From the NCBI RefSeq assembly GCF_006345805.1, contig NC_043015.1, positions 6,014,001 through 6,078,000 of the forward strand: a stretch of DNA of 64,000 nt, given 5' to 3'. The translations under genes and the position numbers were made by a program. The first letter of the stretch is position 1, and each line of letters opens with the position of its first letter. The notes under the pieces are model-generated. The model was not told where the DNA came from and ran no database searches. It saw only the letters and a program-made list of their open reading frames with translations. Below are positions 43,485 to 58,000 of this stretch, piece by piece. The DNA is from Octopus sinensis (Eukaryota).

Positions 43485-43720
43485 AATATTGTTATCAGAT
43501 TGGAGGACTCTTGTGTTTCCTCGTTGTCACGCGTCGTCAACCGCAACGACTCAGTAGTCGCTCATAGCCACAAATAATTTATTGTTCTAGATACCGGTTG
43601 CTGTTATGTTATGAAGATAAACTTTTAGTTTGTGTGAACGACGACTCTTGGTTTCAGCAACTGATGACGCGTGACAACGAGGAAACATATGTATATCCTA
43701 CCATATGATAACATCAATCG
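43485..43720. mobile_element. Fold-back / MITE-like element
   Basis: Inner inverted repeats at 43514-43539 (TGTTTCCTCGTTGTCACGCGTCGTCA) and 43662-43687 match at 25/26. Degenerate outer arms (TGTTATCA...GG.AGGA) extend the symmetry. No ORF, and no confident target-site duplication. Confidence 0.7.
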
Positions 43721-43845
43721 TATCCCCGTGATTGTTTCTCATTCATAATGTGTATAAGGAGATTTTTTCTCTCGAAACAATTTCTGCAGCGAATGTTTCT
43801 CCATATCTGAATGCACAAAAAACATGTTAAATAAGATTGTACACA

Positions 43846-43849
<4 letters not shown>

Positions 43850-43909
<60 letters not shown>

Positions 43910-43916
43910 TTCTCTG

Positions 43917-43949
<33 letters not shown>

Positions 43950-44005
43950 GCCTCTCTCTCTCTCTCTCCTCTCTCTTTCTTCTCTCTCTCTCTCTCTCTC
44001 TCTCT
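43850..44005. repeat. (CT)n microsatellite
   Basis: Direct reading. Confidence 0.95.
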
Positions 44006-44218
44006 ATTTACGGTGTCAGTCAGTCGGCCTGCCTATCTAATTCTGTAGATAAATATCCGATAAAAAAAAAACACAGAAAATTTGATTTGGTTTGTATTAT
44101 TTATTTACTATTACATGTGTTTCATTTGCTGATAGGAATGACAGCTTACAATTACAATCTTTATATATATGTGGACTAACATATAGCATGAACTGGAAGA
44201 AGCAGGGAACTATTGCTT

Positions 44219-44267
<49 letters not shown>

Positions 44268-44617
44268 GTACATATGTGTGTGTATGTTTTTTATATATGT
44301 ATCTACACACATAAGTGTGTGTATGTATTTATATATGTATCTACACTCATATGTGTGTATGTATTTATATATGTATCTACACACATATGTGTGTATTTGT
44401 GTATGTATTTGCGTGTGTTTGCAAGAGACGAACATTCAAATGGCTCAAATCATTAGTTCAGTCGAAGCTAAACCAGAACTATCTTGCTTAAAGTGCCGAG
44501 TTTCTGAAGATCACTTTGCATCTGCGTGAGAGTGCACTATGTAATGGAATGATTAGATACTAGGTAAAATCTATTACCAATTGATGCTTAGCCATTTATA
44601 CTGAAAATTATGTTTGG

Positions 44618-44647
44618 GATATAATGCAACATGTGTTGCATTATATC
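44618..44647. repeat. Perfect 14-bp inverted repeat with a 2-nt spacer
   Basis: GATATAATGCAACA-TG-TGTTGCATTATATC, followed by a partial third copy TAATGCAACA. Confidence 0.9.
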
Positions 44648-46551
44648 TAATGCAACATATGTTAGTGACACACTGACCATATTTTTTTCGTAGCAGTGCG
44701 ACATATTTGATACCTATCTTAAAGTGCTACCTGAATTCTGTAGCGAACAATTATCGACACAGCACAGGAGACTAAGAATTACCATTAACAGAATAACAAT
44801 GATATAAGTGATGAAAATAAAGGAAATAGAACTAAATATTTGGAACAAATGCTACTTTTATTAGAGATTTGTCTTCACATGAATGTAATTTCCTAAGAGT
44901 GAAAATATTAACTCTATTAGAATGTGTTAAATTTAAAGATAGAGAAAAAGAAATTTCTACAACTTATAATTAAGCAAATGTTTGCCAAGGGAACGAAAAG
45001 CAAATTATGATACATAATTATGCCGTTTTCTTCATATACAAACACAGTTAATCAATATATTTTAGGAATTGCATTCTAGTGACGGAATATTTATCTGCAA
45101 AATCAGCATAACTATATAGATTTCTAATTCCCTGGAGACAAAATGGCAAGTAAAGTTTGCTGTTGTTAGTGGTGTTGCTGTTTGTATTGTTTAAACAAAG
45201 ATCAACCCCGATAAATCATAATTATGATGAAATGCATTTCAGTTGTGTCCACCAGTTCTTTTTATCGTAAACAAAGTACATCCAGAAATGATTATCCATC
45301 TATCCTTCTTTCTCCTAGAAGGCATAATGTGAATTTAATGAACTTTAGTTGCTATTTTCTGTGATATTTCTTGACGGTCAACTGACTTCAAATACGAGCG
45401 CGCGCACAGGCGCACACAGAAACATACACACACAAACACACACATACACACAAATGCACACGAACGAGCGCTTAGAGACATACACGCACACACTTATATA
45501 TTGATGTTGTGTAATAATCTGCAACTTTATATGTATGTATGTATATATACAAATATATATATATTTATAACAAGTAGAAAGATATATTTTTTCCAAAAAA
45601 AAAATATCTTTCTTCCTCTACGATACGTTTCAACGCTTCAAAAACAAACTTATGTTTGTTTAAATTTCACGTAATAAATATATATATATTTATATATTTG
45701 TATACAAAAACTTGTATACAAACACATCACAGACACACACGCACACACACACATATGTTTTCAGAATGAGATTAAAAAAAACATGGCTGTGTAGGCTTTA
45801 GAAAAAAAAGCTGCAGAACTTTGGGTTATTTTGTATCCCATTCTGAAAAAAAAAATTATATATACACATACTGGTATATGATCTACGTTGGACTACTTAT
45901 TCGCATAATCACCGAACTTGGAGATAAACTGCCTTCTATCCATAGCACCTACCCAGCATTATCTGACGCCTTTGGGTCTTACTCACACCATTACCTCTCA
46001 TAACCTCTCTCTCTCATTCTCTCTCATTATGTATATATTAATATTTATGTGCTTATGTACACTCACACACACATATCAGAAAAATTAGTACCGCGTAATA
46101 TATGACGATAAATATCAGACAGCAATATCAAACACATCTCTGAAAGTAATCAACAACAGCAATAAATCAGGAAAGTAGCTATGTCGTTAAAGAAGAAAGC
46201 GTATACACAGTTAATAATAAATACGGATAGCTCTATTCCTATTTACGTGACAAGAGGCATTTACATGCAATCCAGATCTTTGAGATCCACTGTACGAAAC
46301 CCAAGATTATTTAAACCAACTCTAGGTGTGTATGCACTTCAATAATACTATCGGTATTTTAGCTACTGATGTCATACTAAATATTGGTATCATAATAAAT
46401 ATTGAAAAGTGAAACTCATTTTAAAGTTTTTGTAGAAAATATGTTTATTTTCTAGTTTTTTAAAAATAGTTTTTAGCAGAACTGAGGGCCGCTAGATTGG
46501 TAGAAGCGTTATACCATCAAACGAAATCTCTTTCGATAATTATATTGGTCA

Positions 46552-46845
46552 TGGAGGCACAATGGACCAGTGGTTAGGGCAGGGGATTCGCGGTCAGAAG
46601 ATCGCGGTTTCGATTCCAAGACCGGGCGTTGTGTATGTTTATTGAGAGAAAACACCTAAAAGCTCAAAGAGGCTCCGGCAGGGTGTGGTAGCGACCCCTG
46701 TTATACTCTTTCACCACAACTTTCTCTTTCTGTTTCTTGAGTAACGCTGCGATGGACTGGCGTCCCGTCAAGCTAGGGGGGAATACATACGCCACAGAAA
46801 CCGGGAAACTGGGCCCATGAGCCTGGCTAGGCTTGAAAAAGTCGA
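46552..46845 (+). mobile_element. tRNA-derived SINE, family C, tail type I; followed by an eroded family A copy to ~46985
   Basis: Head TGGAGGCACAATGGACCAGTGGTTAGGGCAG and tail GCGATGGACTGGCGTCCCGTC...GAAACCGGGAAACTGGGCCCATGAGCC. Confidence 0.88.
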
Positions 46846-49800
46846 CGGTTATCGTTTTAATTATATCGGTTGTTGGTACTCTGAATTCAAATCAAACCGA
46901 GAACAACTGTGTATTCCGATGAAATTTAGTTCCAGTCATATACTGGGGTCGATATAATCTACTTAGTCTCCCCCTTCAAATATCATTGTCTTTCATTTCT
47001 TCAAATTAACAAATATTTTTCAGAGATGAAATCTTAAGAAACCTCAAGTAGGAAATGACAGTGTTTGCCCATCAAGGTTTTATATCTGAAAGTACAGCTA
47101 ACAGGTCACTGTATCAATTACAAGACTGTCAAGCTATCAACGAATTCAGAAAATTCTCCTACATCAGTTTGCTCATTCATACATGCACCACACGCACACA
47201 CACAAACATACACACACATACAGTCCCACACATTTATTTTAATGTTTCTGTGTTGTATATACATCATATATAACACATTTTGACATTATCTGAAGAAGCT
47301 GTCTTGTAGAATATATAATGATGTAATATACTCTTGTAAAGTATATCAGATTAACTAATACACTCAGCGGGCATTTGTAGAGTATAACAGCTATTTTTAC
47401 ACAGAAATGAATGACAGCCCCTTGGAGTTCATTCAGTCGTTGGCTTCATGGCGTTGAAGCGAGTAATGCGTTGGCGACTAAATATGAAGTCAGTATTAGT
47501 ATTTTGGTTTTCATATATTTTTAATAAAATTATATATATGTAAATATACACATATATAATTATAGATACATAAACAAGCATACACATATATGCAGACTCA
47601 AATGTACACACACACACACATATATAATTACGAACACACATATATACACATATGTATATTGTAAAATTAGTTTCTGGCGATTAATGCATTGTGTTAGCTT
47701 TCTTACGCTATCTTATTCAGAATGACCATAGTGATTTGGTTTGGATACTGTGCAGGTGGTAATTTATTCACTGATGAAATAAAATAATAGCGCAAACAAA
47801 ACATGAGCATGTTTCTTGGTTCGAGGATATTTCAGACACACAAGTATTGTCTAACAATACAGGCAGGAGACACACTGTCGTCGGCAGACAAATAGCGGTT
47901 TGAATTAATCAGACAGAATCAATTTATGATACAGACAGGCTTCAACTAATAACTTCATGATTTAAAGGAAATATAATCATAGAAAGATCGGTTATCTCAT
48001 AAAAAATGTCCATAACGCTTCTAATATGCATATACATTCACGTACATAACTACACACTGACATCTGTATCCATTTCTGACGCGGATGTACACACACTCTC
48101 ATATATTTATATCCATGCAGTTACATATATGTTTACGTACATGTGTGTATGTGTGTTTGTGCGTGTGTGTGTCTGTATACATATATCTATAAACACTAGC
48201 ATATGTATATATATATATATATATATCACAGTGATATATATATATATACTTACACACACATGCACGTACGCACACACACACACAAACATATATGTATCAA
48301 AACAATTTTAAATCACACCTGAGCTGTGTTCCTGTTCAGCTTAAAGGGGAAATAATATCGTTAATACCCGAGAAGATAGTGTTATCAATAAATTGTGCAA
48401 TATATATATATATATATATGCATACATACTTACTCGTGCTTTCTTGTATATGATTGCGGATGTATATACAAGCTTTCATGCACATCTCGATAAAAAGAAT
48501 TCGGAATGATAATAAATATGACATGCAAAAAAAATATTATTATATTGGGATTATAGTAAATTCGGTGACGTATTCCTGTCCGCTAGAATAATTGTTCGAT
48601 GGCGACACACTAGTTTAAATGATATTCAAATGCAGACGGTGTTCTTTGTAGAAGTAAAAGTGTCAGATATGGCGCCCATCATACCAAATCTTTCGAATGT
48701 TGTATAAATCTTCAGTAAAATAGTGGTATATTGAAAAATGCTATCACCTGAATTCATAGTAATTTCAGATTTTTACTGGCGCAGCTGTTTCATTTGGTTA
48801 TAATGGGAAAACATCTGTTAAGTGACAATATGTCGAAAAAAATTATCTATTAATCTTAGGCCAAATTATGGATAGATTGAATATGTATATACATAAATAT
48901 ATATATATATATATATAAATATATAAATATATAGATTTATAAAGACATGTGTTTATGAATGAATGCATACACACAATTACACACACATACACACAGGTGC
49001 ACACGGACACGTACGAACGCACACACACACAAACACAGAAACACACACACTTTGCTACAATGATATCTATTGCCTGACTAAATCATGCAAATGTTTCTAA
49101 AGAACGAAATCTTTACCATCTCAATGCACTTTACTTACCTTATGATAAATATATATTTTAAAATCCGTCTCATACTTAATAGAAAAATATTTAGTTCGAA
49201 ACCAAAATAGTTCGGCAGAAATTTGATAATTCACAAAGACACGTTATATTTGTTAAGACACGTTATTTTTATGCACCCAGATCATTTTATCAGAAAGTAC
49301 CTTTTCATGTTGACATGACATTCCTCTTTGCTTTTCTACGTTTATTATTTCAGTAGTTCTAAAGTGACTCGAGTAATCAGCACCTATATACAAACAACAT
49401 TCTTTTACCTGATTAAACCTTTATGCAAAGGCAAATGCATATTCCTCGTATTTGTTTTTAATCTAATTGCAGTACTTTTCACACTGCAACACTCGATGAT
49501 AAGAAACATGTTCCATTTGCAGAGGTAACTAATCTTTACGTTGACCGTGTTGAAAAGCATATGGCATTTATAGCCTTTTGAGAATTTGGTGTATTTAAAT
49601 GGGTTTCTGATACAATGCCGTTCAATATCAATGTTAGCAAATACGTTGCAGCGTATTACATTCCTTTTTGTGGTATTTTTCGAATACTACAGAATATTAT
49701 TGACGAATACCTAACCCTCAGTAGATTTGTTGCCTGAGATATTTTTAGCACTATGATTTTCACCGGCCAGATTTTTATTCAGAAATTATACAGAAAACCC

Positions 49801-51793
49801 ATCCATCTTTTTTTACTACGCCAGGGACTACATTCTGTGTTTTTCATCAATAGTTGAGATAAGGAGAGTTTGGCAAGGAAAAATTTGCTAAATCGATAGC
49901 TTACATTTTCCCTCTTTACGGGCTGACACATGAGATCATGGACTTTCCCTAATAGTAAAGCTATAGTTCTTTTGCATTTTCTTGATGATGGTTGAGCCGT
50001 TAGAATTTATGAGGATACAGTTTTCGAAATAGTGCTTCGAAAAGGCACCTATTTGCACAGTCTCAAAAGCTTACATTTGCACACACACAAACACGCACGC
50101 ACACGCACACACACGCACAGTCATATGTACACACACACACACACACACATACACACACACACGAACACACACATACACATACATAACGAGTGGGAAAGAG
50201 AGAGAAAGAGGGAAAGATATAAGGAAACATATATAGATACATAAACACACTCTTACATCCATTATAGAGCATAACCACTAATTGATTTCTAATTCATTTT
50301 AAAATGTGCTGTTTTCATACCAAAGACATCTACGATGTCCAAGAAATATTGTAGTATGGCAAGTCTAACAATCTATGCTCTAATGATTAAATTTTAGGAT
50401 GTAATCGCGCGTGCAACCGACGGATTACTAATTCTCCAGTTTATATTAAACCTTGTTGAGCGCCTTCACGAGTGAAGTTCTTACAAACGTGGTGCTATTT
50501 CAATAAATTAAATAATGCTGTGACTGCGGCTACGAAAATGTCCTTTGTCAATATGCGGCTCCAAGATGGGAGAGATTTGACTTTTGTAGCAGAGAAAAAA
50601 AAAAGACGTGAAAAATACCAACGTATACAAATTTATAGTAGGGAAATCTCACGTGTGGCATGATGTAACTCTAACGTATCAACGTATATAAGGCATATGT
50701 AGGATGAAACGGGGTTAAAAACGGCAAACCCCACTTCTTTGTGCATTAATAAAAAATTGGCTATAACATACATTTACGCATGTGCTATATAAATAAATAT
50801 ACGTGTGTGTGTAAGTGTGCATGTATGAGTGTGTGTATTTTTGTGTATGTAAACAAGCACGAATTCCAAATGACCAAATAATTCGGCTGAAAACGTTAGG
50901 AACTAAATTCATTAAATGTTAAACTAGCATACTGTCCCTTTCTCGGTGTCTACCCTTCTTCCGTTCTCTCTTTACTTCTATTTCTTTTTTTCTCCCTCTC
51001 CCTATCAAATGTTCTTATTTCTCTCTTTCTCTGTTTATCTCTCACTCACATACCCACTCTCTTCTTCTCCTCATCCTCCTTTATATTTCAAAATGTGCTG
51101 TATAGATGATTCACCAAGTTTGAGTGTTAGATTGTTTCTGTATTTTTTAGAACGAAGGCCAACATTTTTAAAGTTGATGCTAATCATTCGTTTATATATC
51201 CAATAAATCAAATTATTTAATTAAAATGATATGGTTCTTTGTATGTGGAAGAAAAGCCACTCAAGGTTATGAATCATCAGAGGATCACCGAAAATTTTGA
51301 GAAAATACAATAACGGGAAATAAAGTTGTAAATATCGATTTATTTTGCAGAGGCGCTAATAAAATGTTTGCTGGATAGTAGCTTAGTGAATTGGCTATTT
51401 TAGAATAGAAGTGTTATTTTTTTAAAATATATTTTATCGAACTAGGAGGGAAGAGAAGCAAATCGATACTGTCAGTATTTTAACTCAGAAGGGCGATATA
51501 AGTATGTTTATAAATAGCATGGTTAGATCGATCGGGTTATAGAACGATAGTAGATCGGATCGAATGTTTGAAATTATTTAGGTTCTGTCCCTTACATCCT
51601 ATGTTCATGTCTTGCTGGCGTCATTTCTTGTTTCATAACAATAAGAAAATGGATATTAGTTCTAATCTGGGATTGCTTCAACAGCATATAATGTTTCATT
51701 ACAGTGTTGGTACTTTCAAAACGTGAGAAATTCGGATTAGCTCTCTGACTTTACAAAACCTTTATATTAAGATCTTGTTATGACACTCATGCC

Positions 51794-52570
51794 GAAGGCG
51801 GCGAGCTGGGAGAATCGTTAGCACACCGGGTGAAATGCTTAGCGGTATTTCGTACGTCGCTACGTTCCGAGTTCAGATTCCACCGTCCTCGACTTTGCCT
51901 TTCATCCTTTCGGGGTTGAATAAATAAGTACCAGTTACGCAATGCGGTCAATATAATCAACTTAATCCGTTTGTCTGTCCATATTTGTCCTCACTGTGTT
52001 TAGCCCTTTGTGGGTAGTAAAGAAATGTGTATTTCGCTTGCCCCTACGCTCTGAGTTCAAATTCCGACGAGGTCGACTTTGCCTTTCATCCTTTCGGGGT
52101 CGATTAAATAAGTACCAGTTACGCGCTGGGGTCGATATAATCGACTTAATCCATTTGTCTGTCCTTATTTGTCCTCTCTGTGTTTAGCCCTTTGTGGGCA
52201 GTAAAGAAATAGGTATTTTTTTCTGCCGCTACGCTCTGAGTTCAAATTCCACCGAGGTCGACTTTGCCTTTCATCCTTTCGGGGTCGATTAAATAAGTAC
52301 CAGTTACGCACTGGGATCGATGTAATCGAATTAATCCGTTTGTTTGTCCTTGTTCGTCCTCTCTGTGTTTAGTCCCTTGTGGGTAGTAAAGAAATAGGTA
52401 TTTCGTCTGCCGATACGTTCCGAGTTCAGATTTCTCCGTGCTAGATTTTGCCCTTCATTCTTTCGGGGGTCGATAAATTAAGTACCAGTTGAGTACTGGG
52501 GTCGAGGTAAACGACTTGCTCCTCCAACCAAAATTTCAGGCCTTGTGCTTATAGCAGAAACGACTATTAC
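51794..52570 (+). mobile_element. Family A SINE with one head and four tandem ~184-bp internal units
   Basis: The GTATTT unit start recurs at 51845, 52029, 52213 and 52398. Units 1-3 end in TGTGGG(T/C)AGTAAAGAAAT; unit 4 ends in AAAATTTCAGGCCTTGTGC. Confidence 0.93.
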
Positions 52571-54159
52571 ATTTATGCCAGAATGTGGGTGTGCGTGGAT
52601 TAAACAATGAAGATTCTTTTAGTATCATTGTGAAATATCAGCATTTTCCTCCCATTTTGGGTAATATAAATAGATTTACCACCATCTTTATTTTCCAATC
52701 TCGCATCAATTTCTCAACCCTAAAACAAGCAAGAAATATTTCAACATATGTATAAGAAGGATAATGTTATACGATGTTTTGTCTGTTCGAAATTCATCCT
52801 TCCAATAATCTCACATGCTGATATCGATTTACTCTCCAGAGGTTATCTCCAAACTATAACGGTAGTTGTAATACATCTCATTCGCTGTAGGAAAAGTTAG
52901 TTTAGGCTTTGTTATAAACAGAATGAAGACTTAACCAGTTCGGTCTAATTTCTATCATTCAATACCATATAGAAGACGAAAATAATAAATATTTCCTGAA
53001 AACTAGAGATAGTAAATGCTGAGTCGCTCTTTTCAATATCCATGAGCGCAGTTGAAAAATATCGTCTTTTGAAGTGAATCACAAAGGACAGAAATCTGAC
53101 CCAAGCCACGTTTGTTGTTTAAAATGTTCACCGCAATTTACTTATTACGTTTCATGTTAACTGGAAATGTTTCGTTTTCTATACACAACAGTCTTCCAGG
53201 AATTGACATGGCAAATAAAATCTCATGAAAAGCCAATGTATAAATAAATAAATAAATAAAGTAAAACTCATGGTTGACCTTTCTTCTAACAGTATACAAA
53301 CTTTATTCCACCACGAATTCATAAGGTCAATGTAATAACATTTTATTAATAATAACTTTTTTTTTTCATAGGACATTTTATTTTCATTTTTTTTTTTAAA
53401 TTCTAAATGTTCAAACTACAAAAACATTTATTCACTAGTAGACACATACAGTCAAGCATGATAATATTTTCAGGAATCAAAATAGATTTCGTTTTCATCG
53501 GCTTCAGGATAAAAAACGAAAGATAAAAGGACAGTGTTCAAGGAGAAAATAGATTTTCTACTCGATTTACCCATCATAGCACACCTTTACAATGTACATA
53601 ATATAATATTCTTCCTCAAATATTTTCCCTCGTCCGTTCTTCTGCGACCATGTATTTCTCAAAACGCTTTGCTATTTTATTATTTTTTTATATCACTCTG
53701 CTTTATATATCTCGCCTTTTCTAAAAATATTAGCCTGCCTGCTTCTTCCTGCTTCCTTATTGTACTTGCTTGCTGTTTTCTCCACTATCTTCTCAAATTA
53801 CTCTGCGCCTGATGTGAAGCTACCCTACATAATATTACCATGTCTATTCCATACTTACTATCTCTTAACTCGTTCCTCACCTTTCATACACTTTTAAACG
53901 TTTATTTTCCTTTTAATTTCCTCGTTAACTTGTTTGCCTCGTAGTTATTTCCCTTCCAACAATCACTGTGTATACGCATCACCTTATATTTTGGTTATCT
54001 ATATGGAAAATCAGCAAGTGTGAAACTTGAAGAAGCAATGGAAGGTAACGTTAGCTTTCTTTAAATAAACAAATAACGCCTAAGATAATAAATATATACG
54101 CTAACACACAGAAACAAGTATACATGTATGAGTATACATACATAGATATAATTTATGTT

Positions 54160-54600
<441 letters not shown>

Positions 54601-54902
54601 ATATAAATATACGTTTATTTATATATAGATATGTATATAAGTATGTATGAATGCATGCATGTATGTATGCATGAATACATGTATGTAGGCATGTATGAAA
54701 CGCGTCGTTCTTACTGAAATGCATATACACATGCAATTACCCACGCACTTACATGTGTATATGCGTGAGTCTGTGGATAATTACTGTCATACTATTAGTA
54801 ACACAAGAGTTTCATAAAATGCTTTTCATGGAGTTGTTATACTTACTCATACAGAGACGCAGACACATACGCATACACATATATATGCACACACACACAT
54901 AT

Positions 54903-54974
<72 letters not shown>

Positions 54975-55269
54975 GCACACATGTACACACATTCACACAC
55001 GCACACACTCACACAAAACATTTTTAATGAAGATAATTACGACGCTGATTACACTCGTTCAGATGTAATCTTCGACTTTTCGTCTCCTTTGAATCTAACT
55101 TCATTTTGTTCTGCGTATTCTCTAGTGAAAACATAACTTTTATTCAATCAAATTTCTAATTCTTGTTAAAAGTTTCAGTATTCTACGTATACACAGACAT
55201 TATTATCAATATGTCGCATGCGTAAATTTTGTTTTTGGCTGTCATACGCATATGCCATACACATATCAA

Positions 55270-56100
55270 CACTCCTGGAATTGTATCTTCCACGAAGAGT
55301 AACCTATTGCACCAAATATTTTTCACCCATTAAACGAATCTTTGATCCAACATAATCCTTGTGTGCACCCTTCATAGCATCATCGCATCCATATTCCAAC
55401 TCTACCTTACTATCTCTGTCTTCGCAAAAATCTGTTCATCCAAATACCTCAATATGTCTAACCATCTCACAGTTGCATGCGACATAACTCTCCAATCCGA
55501 CATTGTAAAACCATATTGCACTTCATGAGAAGCTCTCCGTCGGTTACGACGGCGAGGGTTCCGGTTGATCCGACCAACGGAATAGCCTGCTCGTGAAATT
55601 AACGTGTAAGTGGCTGAGCACTCCACAGATACGTGTACCCTTAACGTAGTTCTCGGGGATATTCAACGTGACACAGAGAGTGACAAGGCCGGCCCTTTGA
55701 AATACAGGTACAACAGAAACAGGAAGTAAGAGTGAGAGAAAGATGCGGTGAAAGAGTACAGCAGGGATCACCATCATCCCCTGCCGGAGCCTCGTGGAGC
55801 TTTAGGTATTTTCGCTCAATAAACACTCACAACGCCCGGTCTGGGAATCGAAACCGCGATCTTACGACCGCGAGTCCGCTGCCCTAACCACTGGGTCATT
55901 GCGCCTCCAATTGCACTTCATATTAGTTAAAAAGATCATAGCTCCACCAAATTGTTTAGTTAATATGTCTGCTTCAACATCAGGTATGACCTATTAGAAA
56001 AAGCTAAGAGGTTTGCTGAAACCATCCGCTGAGAAACATCTCAAAATTACCTACACTTAATAATAACTCACTGTCTTGTACAACTGACTTGTACCATTTC
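55270..56100 (-). mobile_element. Ancient CR1/L2-group LINE reverse-transcriptase relic, interrupted by a SINE; it may extend to ~57250
   Basis: Minus-strand fragments ...GF...SANLLAF (56031-55990), YGF...VRWL and GCTQGL (55373-55344). With the SINE and one TSD removed, the NLL to PQG-like spacing is ~220 nt, as expected for RT motifs. Many stops and indels. Confidence 0.5.
55527..55909 (-). mobile_element. Full-length family C SINE, tail type III, with a 12-bp target-site duplication
   Basis: ATTGCACTTCAT at 55515-55526 and 55910-55921. Head TGGAGGCGCAATGACCCAGTGGTTAGGGCAGCGGACTCGCGGTCG; tail TTTCAAAGGGCCGGCCTTGTCAC...CGTAACCGACGGAGAGCTTC. Confidence 0.95.
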
Positions 56101-57926
56101 AAATAAAGAGAGATGTACAATGCTCCGAGAAAACAATTTAATTTCTAAACTGGATGGTTCATATCCAACAGTGCAATTCCTGAAAGACAGCCGTCTGTAG
56201 CCCAAGATACGTTTCTGCTCATTGAATAATCTGCAGTGAGTTTTGACTTCCAAACGTCATCTGATTTGTTTCGTCTCGTTAATTTCTTAACTATGGTGAT
56301 TTAATGAGCAGAGCTCACGCGTAGAAATTTTCCAAATTTCCTACAAGTATCCCTCTCTTGAATAGACACACTACGGTTAAAATTACCTTTGATCATTTTA
56401 TACTACTCTTCAACAGCCTCTGACCCTCTTTAAGTTTATTGATATCGGATTTGTCGATGACGTCATCTGCTCCGCGAATCACCGGTGAAAATCCGCGCTC
56501 TTAACCTCTACCTTAATCTCGTCTCTTGGGCGGTAGCATTCTTCCAGCTATCCCTCTCATGGCGTAAGCTGGCGAAATTTCATCGGATCCCAGCTTTCTT
56601 AACGGTGTTGTACTCAAAGATACGGTTTTACCTCCAGCACTTTTCCATTAATGAAACAACCACCTACAAACTATCATCCTTAACAACCGGAATTCTACGC
56701 ATATATCACTCATCTCTCGTCTTCCGTTCAAAAGCGTAATGGAGAAGTGGCCTACACACTTCGTGAGAAATGAATACTTATTTCTGAACAGAAACTTCAA
56801 ACATTTTCTCCATTCGGCTTCACAACAATGCTGTTTCCCTTTAATATCATGTAACAAGAAAACATTATCGCACTTCATCAAACCCTGTGTCCAAAACTAG
56901 TATAACGTTTTAAAGTCCGAGCTGTTCTCTTGACCATTGTACATCCTCGTGAAAAGAAATACTTATAGAATGCACAATGCCAACTTTGGATAAATGCACC
57001 GACAGTATTTACCCCTGTGCGTTTTTATGCTATGGATTTCAAGTCATACCAAATTTTATTTTGCTTCCTGTTATCGCAGGCTATGTCATAAAATACCAAT
57101 CATATCTAGAAGGCGATCGTATGATATTCTTTCTATGTATGAAATAAATATAATTCTTAGTCACAAAGCAGTGGCATATAAAGATCATTTGACCCTTGTA
57201 CAAAATGTCTAGGAGTATTCATGCACAGCTCTTTACCAACGAATTTTTAATCCGACCAGAATTAACTGTACGTTCATACTTCTTGGGATCGCTTAGAATA
57301 CAAAATCATTGTAGTGATATAGATATAATTAAATGTAACACACATCAACAAAAACATGTTGGCTTGCATTAGAAACCGAGATCATTATCAGTAGCAATGC
57401 TATACTGCGTTGTATTTCTTGTAGAGTTGTTGGAGTTCAACAGTGGGTGACAAACTCGTTAAAGCATCGGCGAAAACACTTTACAGTCTGGAAGTTACGC
57501 CCATTGTACGTTGTTCAATTGATACCTAATGAAAATACACTGATTAATTTTGCAAAATCATACCTCCCCGAAAAAATAAAAATACAAGAATACCAAAAAG
57601 AAAAACAAAAAAAATCAACAAGCGAGACAGTATGGAGAAAACAAATTTTAGCGAGACAAAGGCAGAAAACAAAGCAATCAATTAAAGCCAAGTGAACCAG
57701 ACATTTTTTGCGAAGAGTACACAGTATTTCTAGCAAGTAATTGACATCGATGACAGAAATTAATTATAAAACTGGAAATCAGCGCCTAACGAAACTAATT
57801 TGTTTATATTATTTATAACGGTGTAAAAGAAATACCGGTATGCATTTTATCATTAAATAATTAATGCATATGCAGACATATGCACGTATATATATATGTA
57901 TATATATATATATATGTGTGTGTGTG

Positions 57927-58000
<74 letters not shown>

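Noticed and set aside
43661-43690. CTGATGA...GAAAC resembling a hammerhead core or a snoRNA C box
   Set aside because: The intervening sequence cannot form stem II, and the motif is simply part of the right inverted-repeat arm.
44420-44530. Plus-strand open stretch QETNIQMAQ...FASA before GTGAGA
   Set aside because: Weak acceptor, no recognisable protein similarity, and antisense to the only supported gene.
49780-50030. Minus-strand HHQENAK resembling the mariner HHDNARPH motif
   Set aside because: No convincing downstream YSPDLAP motif and no TIRs.
51794-52570. Regularly spaced repeats superficially like a CRISPR array or satellite
   Set aside because: The units are full ~184-bp SINE modules without unique spacers, in a eukaryotic context with no cas genes.
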